Origin: an uncultured Nitrososphaeraceae archaeon
GTDB taxonomy: Archaea > Thermoproteota > Nitrososphaeria > Nitrososphaerales > Nitrososphaeraceae
DNA: 64,000 nt
Assembly: GCA_963779615.1 (NCBI GenBank)
Contig: CAVZZA010000004.1
Span: 160,001 to 224,000 of the forward strand
Reading direction: 5' to 3'
Position 1 is the stretch's first letter. Every line of letters starts with the position of its first letter. The translations under genes were made by a program, and so were the position numbers. Below, piece after piece: positions 1-10,611 of this stretch. The notes beneath the pieces are model-generated. The model was not told where the DNA came from, did no database searches, and saw only the letters and a program-made list of their open reading frames with translations.

Positions 1-89
1 TTTATCATTCTATGAAACATTATGATAATAGGGGAAAATCAACATTAAAGAGCCAACATAATATATAATCCCATTTTTATTTTAAAAAT

Positions 90-1094
90 ATGGTAGCAAG
101 AAAATGGTTAGATAATGAGGTATCAATAGATTCCATCAAGGATTTAACAGTTGCTGTTGTTGGGTATGGGATTCAAGGATCTGCCCAAGCATCTAATATG
201 AAAGATACTGGAATTAACGTTATTGTAGGATTAAGGCCTAATGGGAAAAGTTGGTCGAAAGCAGAAAAGGAAGGACACAAGGTTATGGCTGTTCCTGATG
301 CCGTTAAACAGGCTGATATAATACATATTCTTATACCGGATATGGAGCAAGAGAATACATTTAGAAATGAAATTGGTCCTTATTTATCTGAAAACAAGGC
401 GATCAGTTTCTCCCATGGCGCTGCCATTCATTGGAAATGGATAGTATCTCCCAAAAATGTTGATATAATAATGGTTGCTCCAAAGGGTCCGGGCCAAAGA
501 GTAAGAGAATTATATCTTGATGGTTTCGGAACTCCTTCACTTGTTGCCGTACATCAAGATTATTCTGGAAAAGCTTGGGATAAAGTTCTTGCGTTGGCCA
601 AATCTATAGGTAGTACACGGCCAGGGGTTCTGGAAACTAATTTTAAAGAAGAAGTTGAAACTGATTGGTTCGGAGAGCAGGTTGATCTATGTGGCGGAGT
701 ACATAACATGGTAATAAAATCATTTGAAACACTTGTTGAAGCAGGGTACCAGCCTGAAATAGCTTATTTTGAATGTTTGCATGAATTAAAGCTAATTGTT
801 GATCTAATACAAAAGTACGGCATCACAGGAATGTACAATCGGGTTAGTGAAACTGCCAGATATGGCGGACTTACTAGAGGTAAAAGAGTTATAGATCAAA
901 ACTCAAAAAACAAAATGAAAGACGTGTTATCTGAAATTCAATCAGGGCAATTTGCGAAAGAATGGGTTGAAAATTATAGGAAAGACAGTAAGACAGCATT
1001 TGCCAAATTGCTGGAAGAAGTAGACAATCATGAAATTGAAAGGGTTGGTAGGGATTTAAGGAAAATGATGTGGCCAAATGATGAAATAAATTAA
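90..1094 (+). CDS. ilvC: Ketol-acid reductoisomerase
   Basis: GYGIQG Rossmann motif, MVAPKGPG, ETDWFGEQ, AYFECLHELKLIVDL, SETARYG motifs. Confidence 0.97.
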   Translation: MVARKWLDNEVSIDSIKDLTVAVVGYGIQGSAQASNMKDTGINVIVGLRPNGKSWSKAEKEGHKVMAVPDAVKQADIIHILIPDMEQENTFRNEIGPYLSENKAISFSHGAAIHWKWIVSPKNVDIIMVAPKGPGQRVRELYLDGFGTPSLVAVHQDYSGKAWDKVLALAKSIGSTRPGVLETNFKEEVETDWFGEQVDLCGGVHNMVIKSFETLVEAGYQPEIAYFECLHELKLIVDLIQKYGITGMYNRVSETARYGGLTRGKRVIDQNSKNKMKDVLSEIQSGQFAKEWVENYRKDSKTAFAKLLEEVDNHEIERVGRDLRKMMWPNDEIN

Positions 1095-1103
1095 AATATA
1101 TTA

Positions 1104-1547
1104 TTAGGACTGTTTTCTTTTAATATTGTTTTGTATGTGATCTATGATGACTTGAAGGGGAGTTCCAGGACCAAAATTACCTGTAATGCCTTCATCCTCC
1201 AATGACTTTTTGTCTGATTCGGGGATGACTCCACCCCCTACCAGTAAGATATCTTCTATATTTTTTTCTTTAAATAATCTTGATACTTTTGGAAATATTG
1301 TTAGGTGCGCTCCATTCAACAAACTCATTGCTACAACATCCACATCCTCCTCTATAGCGGTTTTAACAACTTGCTCCGGAGTACAAAACAATCCTGAATA
1401 AATCACTTCCATTCCTGCATCTCTCAAAGCACGACATATGATAAGTGCTCCCCTATCGTGACCGTCTAAACCTAATTTCGATACTAAAATCCTTATTTTT
1501 TTTGATGGGGAGCCAGATTCTTGTTGATTCATTATTGATGCAGACAT
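1104..1547 (-). CDS. Methylmalonyl-CoA mutase small (cobalamin-binding) subunit
   Basis: KLGLDGHDRGA (DxHxxG B12 motif), LLVGGGVIP, FGPGT. Confidence 0.93.
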   Translation of the reverse strand: MSASIMNQQESGSPSKKIRILVSKLGLDGHDRGALIICRALRDAGMEVIYSGLFCTPEQVVKTAIEEDVDVVAMSLLNGAHLTIFPKVSRLFKEKNIEDILLVGGGVIPESDKKSLEDEGITGNFGPGTPLQVIIDHIQNNIKRKQS

Positions 1548-1921
1548 ATAATACAGAATAGTAATAACAAGTCAAATTAAAATATTTTTTCTCAAAAAAA
1601 AGCATATTCAATTTTTTTTATGATGACACACTCAATAGCTTTGACCATGTTTTAAAGCTGGACATTGCACAATGATTCGCATTTCTTATTACCAATTCAT
1701 CCAATCCGACTAATGTAATTATTTGTAAACCGATATGGACAAATCGAACAAAATTCAATGGATCTGAACTAGTTTCAACAAATGTTAGGGAACACATTCT
1801 TTATGGCATTTTTTGTGAAAAGCCAAAATAGAACATATCTCGCCATGCTGCAGGACCAGAAATTGGAAAAAGAGCAATCCTTATTATTAATAGAGTTTTA
1901 TTCTAAGTTCATTATAGATTT

Positions 1922-3133
1922 ATGAATAAATATAGCTCTTTAAATTATCAAAAATTATTTCCAGAACAGGAGGTCCTACATAAAATATGTGAGGATAAAA
2001 ATTTGGAAGACGAAGAAATTTCAAAATTCATTGAGGATTCCAACACGATCGCCCTTTTAAAAATTTCATCATCAATAAGGAATGATAATAATCCAAAAAT
2101 AATTACCTATTCTAGGAAAGTTTTTATCAACCTAATTAATCTCTGTAAGGATAGTTGTTCATATTGTACCTATAAGAAGGAACCAACTGATGCGGGTTCA
2201 GTTATGTTAAAACCCACTCAAGCCCTGTCAATAGCTGAGGCTGGAAAAAAGCTAAAATGCACTGAGGCGTTAATAGTCACAGGCGAACGTCCAGAACTAA
2301 GGTATGTAGAAGCAAAAAGATGGTTATATGAAATGGGGTACAGAACATTAATTAACTTTATAGCAGACCTGAGTGAAACAATTTTACAAAAAACTGGATT
2401 ATTACCACACACTAATGCTGGAAGCCTAACAAAAAAAGAAATGTCAATGCTAAAATCTACAAATGTAAGTCTTGGCATGATGTTGGAAAACTCCAGCGAA
2501 AAGTTATTAGATGTGGGAAAGGCCCATGAAAAAGCTCCGAGTAAAAACCCAAAGGTTAGAATAAAATCATTGGTTTCTGCAGGAGAATTAAAAATTCCTA
2601 TTACCACGGGCTTATTGATAGGAATAGGCGAAAGCTTGGTTGATGTTATTAGGTCCATATTGATTATAAAAGAATTAAATGACAAATATGGCAATATCCA
2701 GGAAGTAATAATTCAAAACTTTTCACCCAAGTCTGGAACTGGTATGGAAAATTTTAACCCTCCATCGGATATCTATTTCTTAAAGTGTATTGCAGCGGCT
2801 AGGATATTATTAAAAAACATCAACATACAGGTTCCACCTAACCTTAGTCCGCAAACATACTCCAGGTACCTGGATTCTGGAATAAATGATTGGGGTGGCA
2901 TTTCACCTTTGACCCCTGATTATGTTAACCCGGAATATCCATGGCCTACAATAAAAGATGTAAAAAGAGTTACCAGCATGAAAGGATTTACCTTACGAGC
3001 CAGACTGCCCATATATCCTGAATTCATAAAAAAACCTTATAATTACAATTATTTTGTAGCCGATCATCTTAAAAAACATATTGAAACTTTAATAGATGAC
3101 TCTGGATTAGTTAAAGAGGAATACATACAATGA
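1922..3133 (+). CDS. cofG: FO synthase subunit CofG (radical SAM)
   Basis: CxxxCxxC (CKDSCSYC), LLPHTNAG, QVPPNL, DWGGISPLTPDYVNPE; overlaps cofH start. Confidence 0.95.
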   Translation: MNKYSSLNYQKLFPEQEVLHKICEDKNLEDEEISKFIEDSNTIALLKISSSIRNDNNPKIITYSRKVFINLINLCKDSCSYCTYKKEPTDAGSVMLKPTQALSIAEAGKKLKCTEALIVTGERPELRYVEAKRWLYEMGYRTLINFIADLSETILQKTGLLPHTNAGSLTKKEMSMLKSTNVSLGMMLENSSEKLLDVGKAHEKAPSKNPKVRIKSLVSAGELKIPITTGLLIGIGESLVDVIRSILIIKELNDKYGNIQEVIIQNFSPKSGTGMENFNPPSDIYFLKCIAAARILLKNINIQVPPNLSPQTYSRYLDSGINDWGGISPLTPDYVNPEYPWPTIKDVKRVTSMKGFTLRARLPIYPEFIKKPYNYNYFVADHLKKHIETLIDDSGLVKEEYIQ

Positions 3134-4377
3134 ATATTGATTCCATATTAAAAAACATAGATCCTGAAATTTCAACCATATTGGATAAATCACTTAGTGA
3201 TAAAGAAATATCAAATCCGGATGCCATAAAGCTATTCAATAGCAAAGATATAGAAATTTCCATTATTTGCTTAATTGCAGATGAATTAAGAAGGAGGGAA
3301 AATGGCAATGTTGTAACATATGTAGTCAATAGAAATATCAATTTTACAAATGTATGTATAAAACAATGTGGATTTTGCGCTTTTAGTAGGGATTTTAGGC
3401 AAGAAGAAGGATATCTTTTACCAATTGAAGAAATAGTGTCAAGAGCAAAGGAAGCTTGGAAATATGGTGCAACTGAAGTGTGTATTCAAGCGGGGTTGCC
3501 CCCAAATATGGATGGTTATCTTTATGTGGACATATGTAAAGCTATAAAAAAAGAGTTACCAGATATTCATATACATGCCTTTTCTCCGGAAGAAATTCTT
3601 TACGCATCCCTGAAGTCAAATACAAGCGTCCATGATTATCTAAAAATGTTAAAGGAAGTTGGTATAGGAAGCTTGCCTGGAACATCTGCTGAAATATTGG
3701 TTAAAGAAATTAGAAATAAAATTTCCCCAGGTAGGATAACTGTAGAAGATTGGGTTAAGGTGATTACAGCTGCTCATAAGCTTGATATTCCAACTACATC
3801 TACAATCATGTATGGCCATATAGAAACGTTTGAAGACATAGTATCACATTTGTCCATATTAAGAAAAATCCAAAAGGAAACAAACCGTTTTACTGAATTT
3901 GTTCCATTAAGCTTTATTCACACGGAATCTCCAATGTATAATTTAGGATTAATTCCAAATATGAGGGAAGGTGCCGCAGGTGTTGAGGTTTTAAAAATGC
4001 ATGCGATTTCAAGAATATTCTTTAACCAGTTAATAAGAAATATTCAAGTGTCATGGGTAAAAGAAGGCCAAAAGTTATCTCAAATAATTCTGGGATCCGG
4101 TGCCAATGATATGGGAGGTTGCTTAATAAATGAAAGCATATCTACTTCTGCAGGTTCTCAACATGGACAGCTATTGAGACCTAGAGAAATGAAAAAACTC
4201 ATTAGTTCCGCAGGAAAGGTCCCTGCCCAAAGAACATCAAATTATAAAATAATCAAAGAGTTTGAGACTAAAGAAGAGATAGAGGATGAATCAACTTTGG
4301 ATAAGATTGACCCTAAAATATTTGGGTCCTATAAAGAATTGATTACCCTAAACAAATTCAGGTATAAAAAAAAATAA
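3130..4377 (+). CDS. cofH: FO synthase subunit CofH (radical SAM)
   Basis: NRNINFTNVCIKQCGFCAF, HAFSPEE, PGTSAEIL, NIQVSWVK, NESISTSAG. Confidence 0.95.
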   Translation: MNIDSILKNIDPEISTILDKSLSDKEISNPDAIKLFNSKDIEISIICLIADELRRRENGNVVTYVVNRNINFTNVCIKQCGFCAFSRDFRQEEGYLLPIEEIVSRAKEAWKYGATEVCIQAGLPPNMDGYLYVDICKAIKKELPDIHIHAFSPEEILYASLKSNTSVHDYLKMLKEVGIGSLPGTSAEILVKEIRNKISPGRITVEDWVKVITAAHKLDIPTTSTIMYGHIETFEDIVSHLSILRKIQKETNRFTEFVPLSFIHTESPMYNLGLIPNMREGAAGVEVLKMHAISRIFFNQLIRNIQVSWVKEGQKLSQIILGSGANDMGGCLINESISTSAGSQHGQLLRPREMKKLISSAGKVPAQRTSNYKIIKEFETKEEIEDESTLDKIDPKIFGSYKELITLNKFRYKKK

Positions 4378-4475
4378 TTTGTTGCAGTTAAGCTACACGT
4401 TTTTTTATTTATGGTATGAATGGTTTTTTATAATAATACAAAAATCTTTATATTTGATTTTAAAAAAAAATTATC

Positions 4476-5456
4476 ATGTTTTTAGACAAAAGTAAAAATG
4501 AATTTGGAAGTGACGTATTGTTAGGCTTGTCTGACGGAATTCAGAAATCAATACCTTCAAAATATTTATATGATGACATCGGTTCGGAGTTATTCGAAAG
4601 AATTACCTTACAGCCTGAGTATTACCCAACTAAAACCGAAATAAAAATACTAGAAGATTGCTCAAATGATATCATAAATGATATACAAAAGGAAATTATA
4701 CTGATTGAGTTAGGCAGCGGCAGTTCCAAAAAAACTAAATTTTTGTTCAAAGAGATTCTAAAAAAACAAAACCATTTATATTATTTTCCAATAGATATAT
4801 CGTTCAATTTTCTGAATTCGGTCGTCTCAAATCTGGAAAATTCTTTTGAAAACGTAATTGTCAAAGGCATTCCCGATGAGTACATTAATGGTATCAATAA
4901 TTGTAATAACATCTTATTTGAAAGTAACATCGAAATAAAAAACATATCCAGGTTAATTATATTTTTGGGGTCCAGCATCGGTAATTTTGAGATTGATGAA
5001 GCACGAAATTTTTTAAAAGATATAAGGTCACACGTTACTAATGATGATTTTTTGTTAATTGGTTTTGATCTTATAAAGAATATTTCGGTAATAGAGTCAG
5101 CTTATAATGATAATCAAGGGATCACCTCAAAGTTCAACCTGAATTTATTAAATCGGATAAATAAAGAGCTGGGCGGAAATTTTATCTTGGATAATTTTTC
5201 CCACAGGGCATTTTATAATAGGGACAAGAAAAGGATAGAGATGCATATCTTATCAAAGCAGAAGCAAGACGTTCTTATTTCCTCGTTAGATAAAAAAATA
5301 TCTTTGGAAAAAAACGAGACTATTCATACTGAAAGTTCCTATAAATACAGCCCCGATGAAATTGATAGGTTAGCGAAAAGGGCAGGATTTTCAATAGAAC
5401 ATAAATTTTTTGACAAAAACATTTGGTATGAATTAGTGTTGTTAAGACCCAGTTAA
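4476..5456 (+). CDS. egtD: L-histidine N-alpha-methyltransferase (EgtD family)
   Basis: KSIPSKYLYD, PEYYPT, ELGSGSSKKT, FLGSSIGNF, AYND, RIEMH, IHTESSYKY. Confidence 0.9.
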   Translation: MFLDKSKNEFGSDVLLGLSDGIQKSIPSKYLYDDIGSELFERITLQPEYYPTKTEIKILEDCSNDIINDIQKEIILIELGSGSSKKTKFLFKEILKKQNHLYYFPIDISFNFLNSVVSNLENSFENVIVKGIPDEYINGINNCNNILFESNIEIKNISRLIIFLGSSIGNFEIDEARNFLKDIRSHVTNDDFLLIGFDLIKNISVIESAYNDNQGITSKFNLNLLNRINKELGGNFILDNFSHRAFYNRDKKRIEMHILSKQKQDVLISSLDKKISLEKNETIHTESSYKYSPDEIDRLAKRAGFSIEHKFFDKNIWYELVLLRPS

Positions 5457-5564
5457 CAAATAAAGAAAAAGTCAGCGTTTAAAAAAATGGTATGAAGAAA
5501 ACACTATTATTTGGAAAGAAATTGATTATGATGCAAAGATGGTGTTAAAAACTATTTTATCGTA

Positions 5565-7382
5565 TTAAACGGACTCTTTCAGCGATACCTTTTGCCTCTC
5601 TATATCTTCTTTTTCTATTTTCTTAAATATCGGCTCAATACTTTGACTTAATACATGCCCTTTTTCAATAGTCATCTCCGAAGCAGCATACCAATTTTGT
5701 TTTGATAGTTCGTCACAATACCCCAATTGACGCCAAATCTTCTCCGCAGATACCGGTATAAACGGGTATAAGATGATTGCCATGGCTCTAGTTGCGTTGA
5801 CCGATATCCATATTGTATTATTTGAGGTTGATTTTGATTTCCATGGTTGTTTAATTTGAAAGTATTGATTAAAAAATGTACTAAATTGTAAAATACGTTT
5901 GATTGCTTTGTCTATATTGTTACCATATATTAAATCACCAATTTCATATGCGATGTTTTTTATTCTAATTAGTGCTTGGTTATCATCCTCATCAAATTCA
6001 TCTGGAGAAGGAACAATGCAATTAAAATTTTTCATGGTAAATGAGAGGGTCCTATTAATGAAATTCCCAATATTGGAAATGAGTTCATTATTTATTTTTT
6101 CACAAAAATTATCCCAATCAAAATTAATATCTGATTGTGTATATGGAATAATGGATGAAAAATAAAACCTAAGGTAATCCGGATAGAAGTCATTAACAAA
6201 TTCTCTTAAGCCTATATACCAGTTTTTACTTTTTGATAGTTTTCTATTTTGAAACAAAAGATGACCTCTGGTAATTATTTTATCTGGCAGTTTGTACTCT
6301 TTGTTGATTCCTATTCTAATAGCGGGCAAGAACAGATAATGATGATAAACTATATCCTTTCCAATATAGTGGTATATTTCCGAATCGTTCCATAATTTTT
6401 TTCCGCCTTTTTTTAAAACAGTAGATGCAAATGTTAAAAACGAAGAAATATAACACAAATGGTTATCGAACCAACCGTAGAAAACCTTTTCCTCTTGTTT
6501 TTTAGTATCATCCACTGGGGGTATTGGAACTCCCCAACTAAGGTCTCTAGTAATATCCCAGTCCTGCAATCCAGACTCTATCCAATTTAACACATATTTC
6601 ACAATGTCTTGTTGAAGATTTTCATTATTTAACAACCAGTTTTTTAACTCTTGTGAAAAATCGGATAACTTAAAAAAATAATGATTGCTTTCCCTCTTTA
6701 TAGGGTCATTTCCACAAATTGCGCATTTAGGATTTAATATTTCTTCTGGAACCCTTCCACAAGATTCACACAAATCTGAGTATTGATTATCAGCATTGCA
6801 AAATGGGCATTTTCCAATAACATACCTATCAGGCAGGTACTTTTTATCATAAGGGCAAAAGAATTGAACAATCGGTTTTTCTACTATATGATTGTTATCA
6901 TACAACTTTAAAAATACATATTGAACAAATTTAATATTTTCAATAGAACTTGTTTTGTAAAAAAAATCAAAAATAATTCCAATGGATTCAAAATCCTTTT
7001 TGTCTTTTTCATTCCATATCTGGACGTATTCTTCTGGTGTTTTACCTTCCTTTTCTGATTTTATTAGAATGGGTGTTCCAAAATCATCAGTTGCACAAAT
7101 ATGATAAATTTGACTTCCAGTTAATTTAATAAACCTTGTAAAAATGTCTGCAGGTAAATATGTAGACGCGATATGACCTAGATGAATCTCCCCATTTGCA
7201 TATGGCAATGCAGATGTCAATATTATTTTTTTATCTTTTATTTTAGTGGGATTAATCTGTTTTTTTTTAATTTTATCATTTTCTAGCCTTTCGTTTTTGC
7301 GGTCAATGCCAACAGACATATTATAAGAATCATCAGATGCTAAAGCAAGATTACTCTTTTTATAAAACGATGGATCATCCAT
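5565..7382 (-). CDS. metG: Methionine--tRNA ligase (true start probably downstream of the first ATG)
   Basis: TSALPYANGEIHLGH (HIGH-like), Zn knuckles, DWDITRD, KLSKS. Confidence 0.96.
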   Translation of the reverse strand: MDDPSFYKKSNLALASDDSYNMSVGIDRKNERLENDKIKKKQINPTKIKDKKIILTSALPYANGEIHLGHIASTYLPADIFTRFIKLTGSQIYHICATDDFGTPILIKSEKEGKTPEEYVQIWNEKDKKDFESIGIIFDFFYKTSSIENIKFVQYVFLKLYDNNHIVEKPIVQFFCPYDKKYLPDRYVIGKCPFCNADNQYSDLCESCGRVPEEILNPKCAICGNDPIKRESNHYFFKLSDFSQELKNWLLNNENLQQDIVKYVLNWIESGLQDWDITRDLSWGVPIPPVDDTKKQEEKVFYGWFDNHLCYISSFLTFASTVLKKGGKKLWNDSEIYHYIGKDIVYHHYLFLPAIRIGINKEYKLPDKIITRGHLLFQNRKLSKSKNWYIGLREFVNDFYPDYLRFYFSSIIPYTQSDINFDWDNFCEKINNELISNIGNFINRTLSFTMKNFNCIVPSPDEFDEDDNQALIRIKNIAYEIGDLIYGNNIDKAIKRILQFSTFFNQYFQIKQPWKSKSTSNNTIWISVNATRAMAIILYPFIPVSAEKIWRQLGYCDELSKQNWYAASEMTIEKGHVLSQSIEPIFKKIEKEDIERQKVSLKESV

Positions 7383-7494
7383 TTCTTTTCTTAGTTAGTA
7401 ATATCCACAGTATTTAACCTAACTATGGAATGGATGGACATACACCTTTAAAAAACATTTAATAATTTTTAAATTATAACTATATTTCCATCAC

Positions 7495-7800
7495 ATGACT
7501 TGGGTAAAAATTGCAAATAAAAATGAAATCCGCGAGGGAAATGGTAAAGAAGTCAACATAAATGGCCAAAGAATAGCCCTTTTTTTATCTAATAACAAAT
7601 ACTATGCCATTGAGGCATTGTGCAGGCATCAGGATGGTTCCCTTGCTCCTGGAAAAATAGAAGGAGAAGTAGTGGAGTGTCCCCTGCATTTTTGGCATTA
7701 CAATATAAGGACAGGCGAATTGCTTGATTATATGGAGGGAGTTAAACTCAATACCTTTGATGTAGAAATTAGAAAAAATGAGATTTACCTAGATATCTAA
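7495..7800 (+). CDS. Rieske [2Fe-2S] ferredoxin
   Basis: CxH (CRH) and CPLH ligand motifs, 101 aa. Confidence 0.92.
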   Translation: MTWVKIANKNEIREGNGKEVNINGQRIALFLSNNKYYAIEALCRHQDGSLAPGKIEGEVVECPLHFWHYNIRTGELLDYMEGVKLNTFDVEIRKNEIYLDI

Positions 7801-7823
7801 TTATTTGGTATCAATCATAAGAA

Positions 7824-9236
7824 ATGAGATTATTCAACACCCTTACGAATCAGATCGAAGAAATAAATCTTTTAAAAGGCACAATTAAAGTTTATCTTTG
7901 TGGTGTTACTGTTTACGATGATTGCCATATTGGCCACGCTAGAACGGTCATAGTTTTTGATGTTCTCCGAAGATTTTTTTTATCAAAAAATAAGGATATC
8001 AAATTTATTCAGAACTTTACTGATGTGGATGACAAAATTATAAACAAAGCAGAGGTTGAAGGAACTACCTATGACATAATTTCCGAGCAATACATAAAAA
8101 ATTATTTCAAAGATTTTGATGCATTGAATGTTCTTAGAGCTGATATCTATCCAAAGGCAACAGAACACATTAGTGATATGGTTGATTTTATTAGCGGCTT
8201 AATAAAAAAAAACAATGCATATGTAGGCTCAAACGGAGTTTATTACAAAGTCAAGTCATTTCCTCATTATGGTAAACTATCCAAAAAAACCACTGACTCA
8301 TTAGAATCCGGCGCCCGTGTTGAAATAGATGAGACAAAAGACGATCCACGTGATTTTGCTTTATGGAAATTTTCTCCAAAAGAACCAAGGTGGAAAAGCC
8401 CGTGGGGGTATGGAAGGCCTGGATGGCATATTGAATGCTCTACAATGGCAATAAAATATTTGGGCAATAACTTCGACATACACGGTGGAGGTCAGGACCT
8501 GATATTCCCTCACCATGAGAATGAGATCGCCCAATCAGAAGGATTGTATGATAATTTGTATGCAAAATTGTGGCTCCATGTTGGGATGGTTACCATGGAC
8601 ACAGAAAAAATGTCCAAGTCTACAGGAAATACAATAAAAATCTCTGAAATACTAAAGAAAACAAATCCAAACATAATTCGTCTATTTTGTTTATCTTCTC
8701 ACTATTCAAAGCCCCTAGGTTACTCGGATGAAACCATCATTGAAATACGGAACAAGTGGATGCTGATAGAAAATGCCTATTACGAGTTAAAATACAGAAT
8801 CGACAACAATATAAAATCACCAAATAAAGATTCTCCATATTTTGACCCCTGTGTTTTTAAAGACGAATGCTGCGTTTATTTTGAAGAGTTTGAAAGGTTT
8901 ATAGAGGATGACTTGAATTTTTCCAATGCATTAACATCTTTTTTTAAATTTATCAGCAAAATAAACAACATTTTTTCGACAGGCGAGGCGGATAAGGAGG
9001 TTTTTCTTTTTGCACATGCTCTTTTGGAGAAATTTATGTTTGTTTTGGGCTTAAAAATTGATGCGGTCCCTGAAAAAGAGAAAAAAGAGATTCAAGGATT
9101 GATGGAGAAGCGAAACAGACTCAGAAAAAACAAGGACTATGAAGAATCCGATAGAATAAGAGAAGAACTTTTAAAAAAATTTGATGTAGAATTGATTGAC
9201 CACAAGGGTTTTACTGTTTGGAAAAAGGTTTTGTAA
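7824..9236 (+). CDS. cysS: Cysteine--tRNA ligase
   Basis: CGVTVYD, HIGH, DFALWK, GRPGWHIEC, FPHHENE, KMSKS. Confidence 0.97.
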   Translation: MRLFNTLTNQIEEINLLKGTIKVYLCGVTVYDDCHIGHARTVIVFDVLRRFFLSKNKDIKFIQNFTDVDDKIINKAEVEGTTYDIISEQYIKNYFKDFDALNVLRADIYPKATEHISDMVDFISGLIKKNNAYVGSNGVYYKVKSFPHYGKLSKKTTDSLESGARVEIDETKDDPRDFALWKFSPKEPRWKSPWGYGRPGWHIECSTMAIKYLGNNFDIHGGGQDLIFPHHENEIAQSEGLYDNLYAKLWLHVGMVTMDTEKMSKSTGNTIKISEILKKTNPNIIRLFCLSSHYSKPLGYSDETIIEIRNKWMLIENAYYELKYRIDNNIKSPNKDSPYFDPCVFKDECCVYFEEFERFIEDDLNFSNALTSFFKFISKINNIFSTGEADKEVFLFAHALLEKFMFVLGLKIDAVPEKEKKEIQGLMEKRNRLRKNKDYEESDRIREELLKKFDVELIDHKGFTVWKKVL

Positions 9237-9240
9237 CCTG

Positions 9241-9606
9241 TCAGGATTTGGGGAAGGAAATATTCACTTCTTCTAATACTAGTATGGGGATATAAATAGA
9301 AAGCGTGTCTAATCCAATATGTTCTACAAAATTAAATTCCCCGGTGAGTCTCTTTAGCTGGATGAATTTTTTTTCAATTTTTTCGGTAGGAATAAAATAG
9401 TGGATTGTGGTTCCGCCTATATTTCCGGTTTGTATAAACAGGATCTCCTTATCATTCTTAACAGTGTGATAAAGCATAGGTATCAAACCTATTGGTGACT
9501 GAGAAGAGTATAAAATCACCTTTAACATATCCTCCAATGTTTTATATTTAAAAAAGGTGGCATTGTTGTTTAATCCTGATTCGCTATTGTTATAACTATT
9601 AGGCAC
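9241..9606 (-). CDS. Hypothetical protein
   Basis: 121-aa ORF filling the gap between flanking genes; no recognised motif. Confidence 0.65.
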   Translation of the reverse strand: MPNSYNNSESGLNNNATFFKYKTLEDMLKVILYSSQSPIGLIPMLYHTVKNDKEILFIQTGNIGGTTIHYFIPTEKIEKKFIQLKRLTGEFNFVEHIGLDTLSIYIPILVLEEVNISFPKS

Positions 9607-9710
9607 AGAACACGTTCTTTAATGCATTATAAAGATTTTTTTGTTAGGCACTTTTGATTGCAAAGGTAAAAAGTTAATTTATTATCCCATTTGATAATAA
9701 ACAACTATTA

Positions 9711-10202
9711 ATGAATAGGGACATTAAAAAAAAAATAATTGTTATTAGCTCCATATCAATTGTCATTGTAATTTTATTATTAACGACTAATTACCAGTCG
9801 ATTCAAACCTCTAAAGACAGCTATCCCGATTATTTGAAAACCACAATAGATGAGTCAGTAAAATTAACAAGAACATACCAGGATGAAATTGGCCTGTGGC
9901 AGAGAGGCAATTATTCCAACACCACAATGGCAAAAATCACGGAAACATTTTTGCCACAATTTATGAAACAGCTTAAAGATTTCAATGAAACTGCCCCATC
10001 TGAAAAATATGGTAAAGTAAAAGATAATTTTGTAAAATCATTTTCAAATGAGATCAAAAGCTATGAGTTTTTCAAAGACTACCTAATGACAAACAATTCA
10101 ACCGCAAACGAATTATCCAATGATTATTTGTCTGAAGCATTAAACTATGAGACAATTGCACGCAATGCTTTTACGGCCGGGGTGAATAACGGTAGCAGGT
10201 AA
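9711..10202 (+). CDS. Membrane-anchored/secreted hypothetical protein
   Basis: Basic N-terminus plus hydrophobic segment (KKKIIVISSISIVIVILLL), helical body. Confidence 0.75.
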   Translation: MNRDIKKKIIVISSISIVIVILLLTTNYQSIQTSKDSYPDYLKTTIDESVKLTRTYQDEIGLWQRGNYSNTTMAKITETFLPQFMKQLKDFNETAPSEKYGKVKDNFVKSFSNEIKSYEFFKDYLMTNNSTANELSNDYLSEALNYETIARNAFTAGVNNGSR

Positions 10203-10611
10203 ATGACGGAATATTGTGTTGTTAGGAGCAATTGACAAATTAATCAATTGTTTATATCAATTAACTTTAGACAAGATACATACTCAAGGCACAAGATCTG
10301 TATTGGTAAAATCTGCAAATCCTAGCATGCTAGCGATGCCCGCAAACGTTATGGCAGCCACATGATAGCCTTTGATTTTTTTAGGGGTATTGTTTATCCT
10401 GTTATCTGCTGCAACTGCTATTGAATATGCCGTAAAAACAATATCCCTTAAAAACCAAAAGACAGCAATACAACAATTCCAGGCAGAGTTTAACACAGAC
10501 AGTTAGAGCCCGCCTGTCAGAGGTGATTTTGAAATTTCACTCCCCTTTACCAAATGCAACCAGGTAATGGAAAATTGTTCATGGTATCTTTAATTATGTG
10601 AATCTTCAATT

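Noticed and set aside
10284-10496. 70-aa minus-strand ORF
   Set aside because: No motif; probably a shadow of a decayed plus-strand fragment.
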